Of a stretch of DNA of 64,000 bases, positions 48,026 through 58,762 are shown one piece after another. This DNA is from Syntrophorhabdaceae bacterium (GTDB lineage Bacteria > Desulfobacterota > Syntrophorhabdia > Syntrophorhabdales > Syntrophorhabdaceae), in assembly GCA_963666485.2 (NCBI GenBank), contig CAXXUO010000001.1:576001-640000 (forward strand), read 5' to 3'. Numbering within the stretch: position 1 is the stretch's first letter; each line of letters begins with the position of its first letter. The notes beneath the pieces are model-generated. The model had not been told where the DNA came from. It made no database searches and saw only the letters and a program-made list of their open reading frames with translations. Position numbers and translations under genes: made by a program.

Positions 48026-48391
48026 TTATTTTCGTTTCATCGAAGTCTTTCTCGGGCCTTTCCGGGTCCGGGAATTCGTCCGCGTCCTCTGCCCGTGAAC
48101 AGGGAGGCTTCTGCGGTGCCGAAGGCCCCGGTAGCAGCCGATGTCCATGAGCCTCTTTATATTCATGCTCACTTCTTTCCTCAGATCACCCTCGACCTTG
48201 TATTCATTCTCGAGGATGTCCCTGATCTTTGCGATCTCGTCGTCCAGAAGCGTGTGCGTTCTCTTGTTCGGATCGATCCCGGCCTGGGCCAGTATCTTGC
48301 TGGAAAGGGTCCGCCCGATCCCGTAAATGTAGGTCAGTGCGACCTCGATCCTTTTGTCCCTGGGTATGTCAACACCTGCAATACGTGCCAC
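48026..48391 (-). CDS. rpsM: 30S ribosomal protein S13
   Basis: [32 protein letters not shown]. Confidence 0.98.
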   Translation of the reverse strand: MARIAGVDIPRDKRIEVALTYIYGIGRTLSSKILAQAGIDPNKRTHTLLDDEIAKIRDILENEYKVEGDLRKEVSMNIKRLMDIGCYRGLRHRRSLPVHGQRTRTNSRTRKGPRKTSMKRK

Positions 48392-48402
48392 GCTTTGCCT
48401 CC

Positions 48403-48516
48403 TTAACCCTGTTTCTGTTTATGTTTGGGGTTCTCGCAAATGATCCTGACAACACCCTTACGCTTGATGATCTTGCATTTGTCGCATCTCTTCTTGACCG
48501 AAGGTTTCACCTTCAT
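48403..48516 (-). CDS. rpmJ: 50S ribosomal protein L36 (not in the ORF track)
   Basis: Hand translation [45 protein letters not shown]. Confidence 0.97.
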   Translation of the reverse strand: MKVKPSVKKRCDKCKIIKRKGVVRIICENPKHKQKQG

Positions 48517-48525
48517 GCTGTCCTC

Positions 48526-48744
48526 CTACTTAACCCGGTAAATGATCCTGCCTCGCGTGAGGTCATAGGGTGATAATTCAACAACTACCTTGTCTCCCCG
48601 CAGGATTTTTATGTAATGCATGCGCATCTTTCCCGATACGTGGGCCAGCACCCTGTGCCCGTTGGGGAGTTCTACTCTGAACATTGCGTTCGGCAGCGGT
48701 TCCACGACCGTGCCCTCTATTTCTATCCCTTCGCCTTTTGGCAT
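48526..48744 (-). CDS. infA: Translation initiation factor IF-1
   Basis: [30 protein letters not shown]. Confidence 0.98.
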   Translation of the reverse strand: MPKGEGIEIEGTVVEPLPNAMFRVELPNGHRVLAHVSGKMRMHYIKILRGDKVVVELSPYDLTRGRIIYRVK

Positions 48745-48753
48745 TTTACCTCT

Positions 48754-49503
48754 CTATACCCTGCTGAGTATCACGGGCCCGTTGTTCGTAACGGCCACGG
48801 TATGTTCAAAATGAGCCGACAGGCTGCCGTCCTTCGTTACGGCAGTCCATCCGTTGTCCTTGATGTAAACGTCGCACTTTCCCATATTCACCATCGGCTC
48901 GATCGCTAAGACCATTCCCGCTTTCAGCCTGAGCCCGGTCCCCTTCGTCCCGTAATTGGGAAGCTGGGGGTCTTCGTGCAGGCTCCTTCCGATGCCATGG
49001 CCGACGAATTCCCGTACCACCGAGAACCCGAATGACTCGACATGTTCCTGGACAGCGTGGGATATATCGTACAGCCTGTTGCCTTCGCGGGCCTCGGCTA
49101 TGCCCCGGTACAGAGATTCCTCCGTTACGGTCATAAGCTTCTGTGCGGCCTTTGAAATGCCTCCCACGGCATATGTCATTGCGACGTCTCCATAATATCC
49201 TTCATAAAGAAGGCCAAAATCGATGCTGACGATGTCGTTCTCTTTAAGCTGCCGGTCAGACGGCATGCCGTGAACGACCTCGTCATTCACCGAGATACAG
49301 AGGCAATAGGGAAATCCGTTATATCCCTTGAAGGCGGCTATTACGTCTCCTGCCTCTTTTATCCTTTCTTCACAGGCGGCCTCAAGGTCCATCGTCTTGA
49401 TGCCGGGTTTTACAAAATCTTTAAGGTAGAGGAGAATTTCCATCGCCCGGCTGCTGGCGACGCGCATCTTTTCAATCTCCTCGCTCGTCTTTAGAAAGAT
49501 CAT
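48754..49503 (-). CDS. map: Methionine aminopeptidase type I
   Basis: CISVNDEVVHG, GHGIG..LHEDP, AIEPM, SAHFEHT. Confidence 0.97.
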   Translation of the reverse strand: MIFLKTSEEIEKMRVASSRAMEILLYLKDFVKPGIKTMDLEAACEERIKEAGDVIAAFKGYNGFPYCLCISVNDEVVHGMPSDRQLKENDIVSIDFGLLYEGYYGDVAMTYAVGGISKAAQKLMTVTEESLYRGIAEAREGNRLYDISHAVQEHVESFGFSVVREFVGHGIGRSLHEDPQLPNYGTKGTGLRLKAGMVLAIEPMVNMGKCDVYIKDNGWTAVTKDGSLSAHFEHTVAVTNNGPVILSRV

Positions 49504-49569
49504 TTCTTCTTTCGGGCGCCGTGACCTCCGGCAAACCTCATACCCGGACAATCGCCCGGATCTAAGCCG

Positions 49570-50877
49570 CTATCGTCGCCCCTTCATCCTCTGCGATTTC
49601 TTCACCAGACCGTCGTAATGCCTCAGGATAAGATGCGATTCTATCTGCTGGATCGTATCCAGGGCGACACCGACGACAATGAGAAGCGCCGTTCCGCCGA
49701 AGTAGAAGGGAACATTGAATTTTTTCACGAGCAATGTCGGCAGGACGCAAACGAACGAGATATATATCGCGCCGATGAACGTTATCCGTGTCAGGATCTT
49801 GTCGATATACTCGCTGGTGCGCTTGCCCGGCCTGATGCCCGGTATATATCCGCCATACTTTTTCATATTATCCGCCACACTGTCCGGGTTGAAGACAATG
49901 GCGGTGTAAAAATAACAGAAGAAAATGATGAAGCCGATATAGAACAGCTCATGCAGGAACGATCCGGGCGTGAAAAGCTCCGCGACCTTCTTTGCATACG
50001 GGTGCGTTATAAAATTCGAGATCGTTGCCGGGAACATGATGATCGACGAGGCGAAGATCGGCGGGATAACGCCTGCCGTATTGACCTTCAGCGGAAGGTG
50101 CGTCGCCTGTCCGCCCATCATCTTGCGTCCCACGACCCGTTTCGCATACTGCACCGGGATCCTGCGCTGCGACGTCTCCATGAATATGATAAAGGCGATG
50201 ACCGCCAGCATCATCACAATAAGGACAAGGACGACGAACCAGTTGAGCTCGCCCGTATTGACGAGGCTCCATGTGCCCGCAATAGCGTTCGGCATACGGG
50301 CAACAATACCCGCGAATATAATAAGCGAGATCCCGTTGCCGATACCTTTTTCCGTGATCTGCTCGCCAAGCCACATGATGAACGATGTCCCGCCCGTAAG
50401 GGTGATCATCGTCATGAGCCTGAATCCCCAGCCGGGGTTGAAAACGACCGCTTCGCCGCCGGCGCCGCGCATCTGCTCGAGGCCTATCGCAATGAAGAGG
50501 CCCTGGATAATACTGATGACGATCGTCCCGTAGCGGGTGTACTGGGTTATTTTCCGCCTGCCCGCTTCCCCTTCTTTCGATAGCCTCTCCAAAGTGGGGA
50601 TGACGACGGTCAAGAGCTGCAGGATGATCGATGCGCTGATGTACGGCATGATGCCGAGGGCAAAAATGGAAAGCCTCTCGAGCCCGCCACCCGCGAACAT
50701 ATCAAAAAACCCGAGCAATGTACCCTTGGCGCGTTCGAAGATACCGGCGAGAACATTCCCGTCAATTCCCGGGGTCGGGATATGAATACCGACGCGGTAC
50801 ACGGCGAGCAACGCCAGCGTCCATATAATTCTGCGCTTGAGCTCGGGGATCTTTCCAATATTTTGGAAACCTCCCAT
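49570..50877 (-). CDS. secY: Preprotein translocase SecY
   Basis: SIFALGIMPYISASII, WLGEQIT..GIGNGISL, GVIPPIFASS, IPGIRPG, GGTALLIVV. Confidence 0.98.
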   Translation of the reverse strand: MGGFQNIGKIPELKRRIIWTLALLAVYRVGIHIPTPGIDGNVLAGIFERAKGTLLGFFDMFAGGGLERLSIFALGIMPYISASIILQLLTVVIPTLERLSKEGEAGRRKITQYTRYGTIVISIIQGLFIAIGLEQMRGAGGEAVVFNPGWGFRLMTMITLTGGTSFIMWLGEQITEKGIGNGISLIIFAGIVARMPNAIAGTWSLVNTGELNWFVVLVLIVMMLAVIAFIIFMETSQRRIPVQYAKRVVGRKMMGGQATHLPLKVNTAGVIPPIFASSIIMFPATISNFITHPYAKKVAELFTPGSFLHELFYIGFIIFFCYFYTAIVFNPDSVADNMKKYGGYIPGIRPGKRTSEYIDKILTRITFIGAIYISFVCVLPTLLVKKFNVPFYFGGTALLIVVGVALDTIQQIESHLILRHYDGLVKKSQRMKGRR

Positions 50878-51320
50878 TAAGCGATTACCTCCACTGCACC
50901 GCCCTTGGCCTCGATCTTCTCGATGGCTTTCTGGGATGCCTTGTGAACCGAGATCTTTATCGGGAAATCTATTTCACCGACAGCGAGAAGCTTGATGCCG
51001 TCTTTCATCTTCTTAATGAATCCCGCCTTCATGATGTCTTCAATACCGACCTTTTCCAGGCCTTTGAATTTCTCGAGATCGGCGATGTTTATGATTGCAT
51101 ATTCCTTGCGGAACGGGTTCTTGAAGCCTCTCTTGGGAATCCTGCGTGTGAGCGGAAGCTGCCCGCCCTCGAAGCTCTTTCCCTTTGTCCCGCCGCTCGT
51201 AGACCGCTGTCCTTTATTTCCATAGCCCGCCGTCGTGCCGAGGCCCGAACCGGTGCCGCGCCCTACGCGCTTGGGGCTCTTCTTTGCTCCGGGAATTGGT
51301 TTAAGGTCTGATAGTTTCAT
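50877..51320 (-). CDS. rplO: 50S ribosomal protein L15
   Basis: RVGRG.GSG.G, FEGGQ.PL.RR.PKRGF. Confidence 0.97.
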   Translation of the reverse strand: MKLSDLKPIPGAKKSPKRVGRGTGSGLGTTAGYGNKGQRSTSGGTKGKSFEGGQLPLTRRIPKRGFKNPFRKEYAIINIADLEKFKGLEKVGIEDIMKAGFIKKMKDGIKLLAVGEIDFPIKISVHKASQKAIEKIEAKGGAVEVIA

Positions 51321-51506
51321 TTATCGAACATCCTCCAATACTGTAACAAGGTGGATCACCTTTTTGACCATGCCCCTGATCTCGGGAGTGTTCTTGACGA
51401 CCCTCTCCTGGTTCAGCTTCTTGAACCCCAGGCTCCTGACGGTCGCCCTCTGGTCCTCCGGACAGCTGATGAAGCTTTTTGTCCATTTTATTTTGAGGTG
51501 GCTCAT
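51321..51506 (-). CDS. rpmD: 50S ribosomal protein L30
   Basis: KS.I...DQRATVRSLG, TPEIRGMVKKV; position in the spc operon. Confidence 0.93.
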   Translation of the reverse strand: MSHLKIKWTKSFISCPEDQRATVRSLGFKKLNQERVVKNTPEIRGMVKKVIHLVTVLEDVR

Positions 51507-51507
51507 T

Positions 51508-52017
51508 TTAACCCTCTTCTACTTTCAGTTTTCCTCTCTGCTTGAGCGCCAGTTCCGGCGATTTCAGCAGGGACAGGCCCCTAATCGTTGCCTTGACGAC
51601 ATTGTGGTAATTCCGGGAGCCGTAGCATTTGGTAAGGATATTCGTGATCCCGGCAACCTCAACGACAGCCCGGACGGCCCGGCCGGCGATAACGCCTGTG
51701 CCTTCCCGCGCCGGTTTCAGAAAAACCTGGCTTGTTCCGTATTTTGCCATGATCTCGTGGGGGATCGTTCCCTTTTCGAGGGAGACATCTACGAGGCTTT
51801 TCTTCGCCCTTTCCACGGCTTTTCGTATTGCATCCGGGACTTCGTTGGCTTTGCCGAGTCCGTAACCGACCTTCCCTTTCCCGTCGCCGACAACAACTAT
51901 GGCGCTGAAGGAAAATCTGCGGCCACCCTTGACAACCTTGGCGACGCGGTTGATGTAAACCAGCCTGTCCTGTAACTCGAGATCGCCTGCGTCTATTCGC
52001 TTTCTTTCAACCAACAC
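51508..52017 (-). CDS. rpsE: 30S ribosomal protein S5
   Basis: [30 protein letters not shown]. Confidence 0.98.
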   Translation of the reverse strand: MLVERKRIDAGDLELQDRLVYINRVAKVVKGGRRFSFSAIVVVGDGKGKVGYGLGKANEVPDAIRKAVERAKKSLVDVSLEKGTIPHEIMAKYGTSQVFLKPAREGTGVIAGRAVRAVVEVAGITNILTKCYGSRNYHNVVKATIRGLSLLKSPELALKQRGKLKVEEG

Positions 52018-52026
52018 AACCTCCCG

Positions 52027-52392
52027 TTAAAATTTTAACCCTGCTTCACGAGCCCCGTCAGCGAGTGCTTTGATCCTGCCGTGATATTTAAAACCGTTCC
52101 GGTCGAAGACGATCTCGGTTATCCCGAGCCCTATCGCCTTCTTGCCGATGGCCTCACCGACCTTTTTCGCGGCGTCGTTGTTGCCGCCGCTCTTCAACCC
52201 GTCCTGGACTTCCTTGTTGAGGGTTGATATACCGGTCAAGACCTTCTGCTGGGTATCATCGATCAACTGTGCATAGATCTGCCTTAAGCTCTTGAAAACC
52301 GTGAGCCTTGGCTTCGTCGGGGTACCGTGGACCTTTTTCCGTATTCTCCGTTTGCGTCTCTGCCGGGCTTCGACTTTATCCTTTCTCTGCAT
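52027..52392 (-). CDS. rplR: 50S ribosomal protein L18
   Basis: PRLTVFKS, FDRNGFKYHGRIKALADGARE.GL.F. Confidence 0.97.
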   Translation of the reverse strand: MQRKDKVEARQRRKRRIRKKVHGTPTKPRLTVFKSLRQIYAQLIDDTQQKVLTGISTLNKEVQDGLKSGGNNDAAKKVGEAIGKKAIGLGITEIVFDRNGFKYHGRIKALADGAREAGLKF

Positions 52393-52403
52393 ACCGCTAC
52401 TCC

Positions 52404-52940
52404 TTATTTCCCGCTTTTGCCTGCTTTCTTCTTCAAGACCTCGTCAGCATACTTGACGCCCTTGTTCTTGTAGGCATCCGGTTTCCGCAAGGCCCGTATC
52501 TTTGCTGCGGTCTGTCCCACCAATTCTTTATCGATACCCTGTATGGAGATCTGGGTCTGTTTCTCGAGCTGTCCGCTGATCCCTTCCGGGAGTTCGAAAA
52601 CGATCGGGTGTGAATAACCCAGGAAGAATGTGAACGCGCCGGGCTGAAACTCGGCCCTGTAACCGATGCCGATTATTTCAAGCTTCTTCTCGAATCCCTT
52701 CGACACGCCGTCGACCATGTTCGCGATGAGTGTCCTCATCAGCCCATGGTACCCCCGGATCGTCTTTTCGTCGCTTGTACGGGTTACCGTCACATTGCTG
52801 CCGTCAATATTGAGTTCCAATCCTCTCAGGAAGGGCCTTTTCAGCGAACCCTTCGGGCCCGTCACGAGGACTTCGCCGTCTTTGAGCTCAAGATTGGTCC
52901 CCTGCGGGAGTATAATTGGTTTTTTTCCTATCCTCGACAT
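52404..52940 (-). CDS. rplF: 50S ribosomal protein L6
   Basis: MSRIGKKPI, GPKG.L, LGYSHP, PDAYK.KG. Confidence 0.97.
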   Translation of the reverse strand: MSRIGKKPIILPQGTNLELKDGEVLVTGPKGSLKRPFLRGLELNIDGSNVTVTRTSDEKTIRGYHGLMRTLIANMVDGVSKGFEKKLEIIGIGYRAEFQPGAFTFFLGYSHPIVFELPEGISGQLEKQTQISIQGIDKELVGQTAAKIRALRKPDAYKNKGVKYADEVLKKKAGKSGK

Positions 52941-52949
52941 AAATACACC

Positions 52950-53351
52950 TCACCAGACTACGAGAAGGGGCTCGCCCCCAACCTTGTTCTTTTTTGCGTT
53001 TCTGTCGGTCATGATGCCTTTCGACGTCGAAATGACAACGATCCCCGTCCTGCTGCGGAACTTGGGAAGGTCGCCGACGCCGGCATATACACGCCTTCCC
53101 GGCTTGCTGATCGTCTTGAGACCGGTTATGACGCTCTTCGAGTTTTCGTCATAGCTGATATATACCTTGAGGAATTTTTTCCGTGATTCGTCAACGAAGG
53201 TCTTGTAATTTCTCACGTAGCCTTCTTCCTTGAGGATCTTGGATATAGAGAACTTCATATTTGAATAAGGAATGTCTACCGTTTCATGACGGGCAATGAT
53301 GGCGTTCCGTATCCGTGTCATCATGTCTGCTATTGGATCAACCATACCCAT
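52950..53351 (-). CDS. rpsH: 30S ribosomal protein S8
   Basis: DPIADM.TRIRNA, ISKPGRRVY, STSKG, GGE. Confidence 0.97.
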   Translation of the reverse strand: MGMVDPIADMMTRIRNAIIARHETVDIPYSNMKFSISKILKEEGYVRNYKTFVDESRKKFLKVYISYDENSKSVITGLKTISKPGRRVYAGVGDLPKFRSRTGIVVISTSKGIMTDRNAKKNKVGGEPLLVVW

Positions 53352-53360
53352 AGTACCACC

Positions 53361-53546
53361 TCACCAGCTTGATTTTGTAACACCGGGGATCTCGCCCCTT
53401 AAGGAATACGACCGAAAGCAGACCCTGCACATCTGGAACTTCCTGATAAATGCCCGTGGCCTGCCACAGACTGCGCATCTGTTGCGCACGCGCACTTTGA
53501 ATTTCGGTGCCCTCTTTGTCTTCTCGATCATTGCTTTTCTTGCCAT
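53361..53546 (-). CDS. rpsN: 30S ribosomal protein S14 (short Zn-binding type)
   Basis: [27 protein letters not shown]. Confidence 0.97.
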   Translation of the reverse strand: MARKAMIEKTKRAPKFKVRVRNRCAVCGRPRAFIRKFQMCRVCFRSYSLRGEIPGVTKSSW

Positions 53547-53558
53547 GCGAGTCCTCCA

Positions 53559-54098
53559 CTAACTCCTGAAAGGCATGCCCATGAGCTTCAACAGTTCATG
53601 GCCTTCTTCATCCGTCTTCGCGGTTGTTGTAATGGTAATATTCATTCCCCGGACCTTATCGATCTTGTCGTATTCGATCTCCGGGAATATGATCTGCTCT
53701 TTAAGGCCAAGGGTATAATTGCCGCGGCCGTCGAAGGATTTCGGCGATACACCCTTGAAGTCCCTCACCCTTGGCAGGACGATGGTCACGAGTTTGCGAT
53801 AGAACTCGTACATCCTCTCCCTGCGTAATGTGACCATGCACCCGACCGACATTCCCTCGCGCAGCTTAAAGGATGCTATCGATTTTTTCGCCTTCGTAAT
53901 GACCGGCTTCTGGCCTGTGATGGCTTTTACGTCGCCTGACGCTGCGTCAAGCGCCTTGATGTTCTGGAGCGCCTCGCCAAGGCCTATATTCAAAGTGATC
54001 TTCACGATCTTGGGCACTTCCATGACGTTCTTGTACTGAAAACGCCGCATAAGGGCCGATTTGACTTCTTTTTCGTAAAATTCGCTAAAATTCTCCAA
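53559..54098 (-). CDS. rplE: 50S ribosomal protein L5
   Basis: TGQKP, FKLREGM, PRVRDF.G, FDGRGNY. Confidence 0.98.
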   Translation of the reverse strand: MENFSEFYEKEVKSALMRRFQYKNVMEVPKIVKITLNIGLGEALQNIKALDAASGDVKAITGQKPVITKAKKSIASFKLREGMSVGCMVTLRRERMYEFYRKLVTIVLPRVRDFKGVSPKSFDGRGNYTLGLKEQIIFPEIEYDKIDKVRGMNITITTTAKTDEEGHELLKLMGMPFRS

Positions 54099-54112
54099 CG
54101 ACCGCCTCCCGC

Positions 54113-54436
54113 TTACTTATCAATGACCTCGTCACACTTCTTGCAGAAACGGACCTTCTTGCCGTCTTCCAGGACCTTCTTCCCTGTCCGCACCGGCTTT
54201 GCACATTTCTCGCAATAGATCATGACGTTCGAGACATGGATCGAGCTTTCTTTCTCCATGATGCCGCCCTTTGCCTTCTGGCTCGGCCGGACATGCTTCT
54301 TCACCATGTTGACCTTTTCCACGATCAGTCTGTCTTTTTTCTTGTTTATCCTGAGGACCTTGCCGGTCTTTCCTTTGTCTTTCCCGGTTGTCACCATGAC
54401 CAGGTCGTTCTTCTTGACGTGATAGAGTTTTTCCAT
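54113..54436 (-). CDS. rplX: 50S ribosomal protein L24
   Basis: GKDKGK.GKV, VNMVKKH, IHVSNV. Confidence 0.96.
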   Translation of the reverse strand: MEKLYHVKKNDLVMVTTGKDKGKTGKVLRINKKKDRLIVEKVNMVKKHVRPSQKAKGGIMEKESSIHVSNVMIYCEKCAKPVRTGKKVLEDGKKVRFCKKCDEVIDK

Positions 54437-54443
54437 ATTTACC

Positions 54444-54812
54444 TCACACAACCTCAGGTGCCAGCGAAACGATCTTCATGAACCTCTTGGCCCTGAGTTC
54501 CCGTGCTACGGGGCCGAAGATGCGCGTTCCGACAGGTTCATTGTACTGGTTTATTATGACCGCCGAGTTGTCGTCGAACTTTACGTAGGAGCCGTCATTC
54601 CGGCGGATCTCTTTTTTCGTCCTGACGATAACGGCCTTGACCACTTCACCTTTCTTCACCTTGGAGTTCGGGATGACCTCTTTCACGGATGCGACGATAA
54701 TATCGCCCACTGTCCCATACCGTTTCCGCGACCCGCCGAGGACCTTGATGCAGCCAAGTTTCTTTGCACCGGAATTGTCGGCAACTTCGAGTTTAGATCT
54801 CTCCTGAATCAT
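54444..54812 (-). CDS. rplN: 50S ribosomal protein L14
   Basis: [28 protein letters not shown]. Confidence 0.98.
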   Translation of the reverse strand: MIQERSKLEVADNSGAKKLGCIKVLGGSRKRYGTVGDIIVASVKEVIPNSKVKKGEVVKAVIVRTKKEIRRNDGSYVKFDDNSAVIINQYNEPVGTRIFGPVARELRAKRFMKIVSLAPEVV

Positions 54813-55101
54813 GCGCCACCTCGTTCTTGACCAAGAAAAGTTCCTCGTGCCTGACAACCTCTTTCACGAGCCAGCGTTTATCTTTGGAGAGAGGTCTTGT
54901 CTCGACGATCAACACCCTGTCGCCCGTCTTGCTGGAATTATTCTCGTCATGTGCTTTATATCTGAGTTTCCTTTTGATGAACTTGTGGTATTTCGGGTGT
55001 TTGAGGAATTTCTCAACCTCAACCACGACCGTTTTATCCATTTTGTCCTTGATGACCCTTCCGACCATCTTTCGCTTGCTTATTTCACGTTTGGCTTCCA
55101 T
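54793..55101 (-). CDS. rpsQ: 30S ribosomal protein S17
   Basis: [30 protein letters not shown]-terminus overlaps rplN by 20 nt. Confidence 0.96.
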   Translation of the reverse strand: MEAKREISKRKMVGRVIKDKMDKTVVVEVEKFLKHPKYHKFIKRKLRYKAHDENNSSKTGDRVLIVETRPLSKDKRWLVKEVVRHEELFLVKNEVAHDSGEI

Positions 55102-55119
55102 GGGAACCTCTTTAAGCAT

Positions 55120-55305
55120 TTATTCCTTTGCGCTCAAGACGGTTTCTATCCTGGCGACATCTTTCTTTAAGGTATTCATACGTGCCGTATTCTCGAGCTG
55201 GCCGGTAGAATGCTGAAATCTCAAGTTAAAGAGCTCTTCCTTGATGTCTTTCCTCTTCTTGAGCAGCTCTTCCTTCGTCAATTCCTTGAAGTCTTTCGCT
55301 TTCAT
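55120..55305 (-). CDS. rpmC: 50S ribosomal protein L29
   Basis: [20 protein letters not shown]. Confidence 0.96.
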   Translation of the reverse strand: MKAKDFKELTKEELLKKRKDIKEELFNLRFQHSTGQLENTARMNTLKKDVARIETVLSAKE

Positions 55306-55718
55306 TGGTCCTCGCTCCGTGCTATGAACTTGGTGCCGATGGGAAGTTTAAAGGAAGCAATTCTCATTGCCTCGCGGGCCTTGTCCTCGGGAACACCTGT
55401 GATCTCGTAGAGGACCCTGCCGGGCTTTACGACGGCAACCCACCCTTCGTTCGGGCCTTTTCCCTTGCCCATCCGTGTTTCAGCCGGTTTCTTCGTTATC
55501 GGTTTGTCGGGGAATACCCTGATCCAGACCTTACCGGTCCTTTTGACGTATCTCGTAAGGGCGATACGTGCTGCTTCGATCTGGCGGGACGTGATCCATC
55601 CGCCTTCCGTGGCCTGGAGACCGAAGTCCCCGAAACTGACCACATTGCCGCGCTGCGCGACGCCCTTCAGGGTACCTTTCATAACTTTTCTATATCTTAC
55701 CCTTTTTGGTGCAAGCAT
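55302..55718 (-). CDS. rplP: 50S ribosomal protein L16
   Basis: [23 protein letters not shown]. Confidence 0.98.
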   Translation of the reverse strand: MLAPKRVRYRKVMKGTLKGVAQRGNVVSFGDFGLQATEGGWITSRQIEAARIALTRYVKRTGKVWIRVFPDKPITKKPAETRMGKGKGPNEGWVAVVKPGRVLYEITGVPEDKAREAMRIASFKLPIGTKFIARSEDQ

Positions 55719-56362
55719 TACCGAGCCTCCTGAAAAACTTCTCCTTTAAATATCCAAACCTTAATGCCGATCACGCCGTATTTCGTGGTGGCCCTGGCGT
55801 AACCGTAATCAATGTCAGCACGAATCGTCTGCAGGGGCACTCTGCCCTCGCGGTACCATTCCGTTCTCGCCATTTCAGCACCGCCGAGCCGCCCGGCGCA
55901 CATCGCCTTGATGCCCTTGGCGCCAAATTTCAGGGACTGCTGGACATTCTTCTTCATCGCCCGCCTGAATGAGACCCTCCGCTCGATCTGCAAAGCAACA
56001 TTCTCCGCGACGAGCTGGGCATCGGTTTCCGGTCTTTTCACCTCTGTTATATTGAGGATGACCTCTTTATCGGTGATCCTCTGCAGTTCCCTTTTGAGGT
56101 TCTCGACTTCTGCCCCTTTACGCCCGATGACAAGGCCCGGCCGTGATGTGTGGATGTTTATTTTGGCCCTTTTGTCCTTGTTTGCCGCGCGTTCGATCTC
56201 TATCTTCGAAATCCCGGCCTGATAGAGCTTCTTCTTCAAGAATTTCTTGATGATGAGATCTTCGTGCAGGAACTTCGCATAGTTGCGGGCTGCGAACCAT
56301 TTTGAATCCCAGGTCTTGATGACCCCGAGTCTGAAACCGAAAGGGTTAACTTTCTGACCCAT
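55718..56362 (-). CDS. rpsC: 30S ribosomal protein S3
   Basis: [43 protein letters not shown]. Confidence 0.98.
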   Translation of the reverse strand: MGQKVNPFGFRLGVIKTWDSKWFAARNYAKFLHEDLIIKKFLKKKLYQAGISKIEIERAANKDKRAKINIHTSRPGLVIGRKGAEVENLKRELQRITDKEVILNITEVKRPETDAQLVAENVALQIERRVSFRRAMKKNVQQSLKFGAKGIKAMCAGRLGGAEMARTEWYREGRVPLQTIRADIDYGYARATTKYGVIGIKVWIFKGEVFQEAR

Positions 56363-56378
56363 TTAACCTCCAAAAAGT

Positions 56379-56711
56379 CTATGCTTCATCCAGGATGAGC
56401 GTGATATGGCTTAGTCTTTTGCGTATTTTTGTAGCACGGCCCATGGCGCGCGGCATGAACCGCTTCATTATCGGGCCGCCGTCAACCATGACGTTCTTGA
56501 CGTAAAGGTTGTCTATATCCACGTACTTTTTCTGCCGGGCATTGGCTATTGCGCTGTCGAGGAGCTTCTTCAAAATAAAGGCGCCTTTCTGCGGCATGTA
56601 GGTCAAAAGCCCCGATGCGTCGTTGACGTTCTTCTGCTTGATGAGGTCAGCGACGATCCGCACCTTTCTTGGTGATATGTGTATCATTCGAGTTTTCGCC
56701 TTGATCTCCAT
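56379..56711 (-). CDS. rplV: 50S ribosomal protein L22
   Basis: SPRKVR.VAD.I, SA.ANA, KRFMPRAMGRA, SHIT. Confidence 0.97.
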   Translation of the reverse strand: MEIKAKTRMIHISPRKVRIVADLIKQKNVNDASGLLTYMPQKGAFILKKLLDSAIANARQKKYVDIDNLYVKNVMVDGGPIMKRFMPRAMGRATKIRKRLSHITLILDEA

Positions 56712-56716
56712 AATCA

Positions 56717-57007
56717 TCAATCCTTTTTCTTTGCCACTTTTGACTTTCTATCGCCGGAATGGCTGTGGAATGTCCGCGTGGGCGAGAATTCGCCGAGCTT
56801 ATGGCCGACCATTTCTTCCGTTACGAAAACCGGGATGAACTTCTTGCCATTGTGAACGGCAAATGTAAGCCCCACAAAATCAGGAGTTATCGTCGAGCGG
56901 CGTGACCACGTCTTGATGACCTTCGTGCCTTTGGTTTCCTTCGCCTCATCGACTTTCTTAACTAGCTTTTCTTCAATGAATGGCCCTTTTTTGACGGAAC
57001 GTGCCAC
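56717..57007 (-). CDS. rpsS: 30S ribosomal protein S19
   Basis: RS.KKGPF, KTWSRRS, VHNGK, GHKLGEF. Confidence 0.98.
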   Translation of the reverse strand: MARSVKKGPFIEEKLVKKVDEAKETKGTKVIKTWSRRSTITPDFVGLTFAVHNGKKFIPVFVTEEMVGHKLGEFSPTRTFHSHSGDRKSKVAKKKD

Positions 57008-57017
57008 AAAAAACCTC

Positions 57018-57845
57018 CTAACCTCTCAGTTTAATAATAAACTTGTCTGTCCGCTTGTTCTTCCGCGTCTTCTTGCCTTTTGCGAGCTGGCCCCAGGGAG
57101 AACAGGGATGCCTGCCGCCCTTTGACCGGCCTTCGCCGCCGCCTAAGGGGTGATCGACAGGGTTCATCGCGGTGCCGCGGACAGTAGGCCTTACGCCGAG
57201 CCATCTCGGCTTTCCTGCCTTACCGACCGTTATATTCTCGTGATCTATATTGCCCACCTGACCGATAGTGGCCATGCAGACGAGATTGACAAGCCTGACG
57301 CCGCCTGACGGAAGCCTTAAGTGGCCGTAATCGCCTTCTTTCGCAACGATCTGTGCGTAGCTTCCGGCGCTGCGGGCAAGCTGTCCGCCCTTGCCGGGCT
57401 TCATTTCGATGTTATGGACAAAGGTTCCGAGCGGGATGAACTTCAGGGGAAGGGCGTTGCCTTCCTTGATCTCGGTGTCCGGCTTCATGCTGGCGATGAT
57501 CGTATCGCCCGCCTTGACGCCCAGAGGTGCCAGGATGTAGCGTTTCTCACCATCAATGTAGTTGATGAGCGCGATATTTGCTGACCGGTTGGGATCGTAT
57601 TCGATACCGGCGACCTTGCCCAGGATCTCAAACTTGTCGCGCTTGAAATCGATGATACGGAAACGCCTTTTATGTCCGCCGCCAATGTGCCGCGTGGTGA
57701 TCTTTCCGCTGTGATTTCGTCCGCCCGTTTTCTTGATCGGCTTTAAGAGCGATTTCTCCGGCTTGTCCTTTGATATCTCGTCAAAGGTGAGCCCGCTCAT
57801 GAAGCGCCGTCCGGCGGAGGTTGGCTTGTATTCTTTCACGCCCAT
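57018..57845 (-). CDS. rplB: 50S ribosomal protein L2
   Basis: [34 protein letters not shown]. Confidence 0.98.
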   Translation of the reverse strand: MGVKEYKPTSAGRRFMSGLTFDEISKDKPEKSLLKPIKKTGGRNHSGKITTRHIGGGHKRRFRIIDFKRDKFEILGKVAGIEYDPNRSANIALINYIDGEKRYILAPLGVKAGDTIIASMKPDTEIKEGNALPLKFIPLGTFVHNIEMKPGKGGQLARSAGSYAQIVAKEGDYGHLRLPSGGVRLVNLVCMATIGQVGNIDHENITVGKAGKPRWLGVRPTVRGTAMNPVDHPLGGGEGRSKGGRHPCSPWGQLAKGKKTRKNKRTDKFIIKLRG

Positions 57846-58132
57846 TACGCACCCTCAAAAATCGTGATTTTGTCCTTCGGACTTAACTTTACGATGGCCT
57901 TTTTCCAGTCTGACCTTTTGCCCGCGTAGCGTCCGAGGCGTTTTTTCTTCCCTTCCATGTTCTGGACATGGACGTCTATTACCTTGACCTTGAAAAGCTT
58001 TTCGACCGCTTTGCGGATCTCTATCTTGTTCGCGCTCCGCAGGACCTCGAAGACGTACTGGTTCCCCGTTTCCTTCACGAGCGTGCTTTTCTCGGTAATG
58101 ATCGGCCTTAAGATGATGTCATATTCGTTCAT
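57845..58132 (-). CDS. rplW: 50S ribosomal protein L23
   Basis: P.ITEKS, ANK.EI..AVE.LF.VKV, WKKA.V. Confidence 0.97.
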   Translation of the reverse strand: MNEYDIILRPIITEKSTLVKETGNQYVFEVLRSANKIEIRKAVEKLFKVKVIDVHVQNMEGKKKRLGRYAGKRSDWKKAIVKLSPKDKITIFEGA

Positions 58133-58752
58133 GATGCCAGCACCTCTTCTACTTTCTTAACCGCATCGACCGTCATGATGAGCTGCTCGTAGCGGATCAC
58201 GTCATAAACATTCAGCCCTTCGACCCTGAGCACTTTCACGTACGGGATGTTCCGCGCGGATTTCTCGACTGTCTCATCTTTCTTGTCTATGATGAACAAG
58301 GGCTTTGTCAGTCCCAGTGTCGTGACGATCCCGAAAAATTTCTTCGTGCTGATGTCGGTAAATTCAAGTTTATCGAGGACCTTCATGGCCGCGCCGGTAT
58401 TGCGCACGGTAAGAGCAGATCTGAGCGCGCTCCTGCGCACCTTCTTTGGTACCGAGTAGCTGTAATCCCTCGGCTGGGGGCCGAATATCGTACCGCCCCC
58501 GACCATGACCGGTGAACGGGATGAGCCGCGCCGCGCCTGGCCGGTGCCTTTCTGCTTGTAGGGTTTGCGCCCGCCGCCGGAGACCTCGGACCGCCCTTTT
58601 GTCTTCGCGGTCCCTCTTCTGCGGCTCGCAAGCTGCATCTTGACCACATCATGGATGAGATGCTGTTTCACCTCACAGTTGAAGATCTCGTCCTTGATCT
58701 CGAGTTCTCCGACCTTTGCTCCCTCTATGTTCAATATATCTGTAACCGCCAT
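58129..58752 (-). CDS. rplD: 50S ribosomal protein L4
   Basis: R.GT..TK.R.EV.GGGRKP..QKGTG.AR.GS, FGP.PRDY, SARNIP. Confidence 0.97.
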   Translation of the reverse strand: MAVTDILNIEGAKVGELEIKDEIFNCEVKQHLIHDVVKMQLASRRRGTAKTKGRSEVSGGGRKPYKQKGTGQARRGSSRSPVMVGGGTIFGPQPRDYSYSVPKKVRRSALRSALTVRNTGAAMKVLDKLEFTDISTKKFFGIVTTLGLTKPLFIIDKKDETVEKSARNIPYVKVLRVEGLNVYDVIRYEQLIMTVDAVKKVEEVLAS

Positions 58753-58762
58753 AACCTTACTC

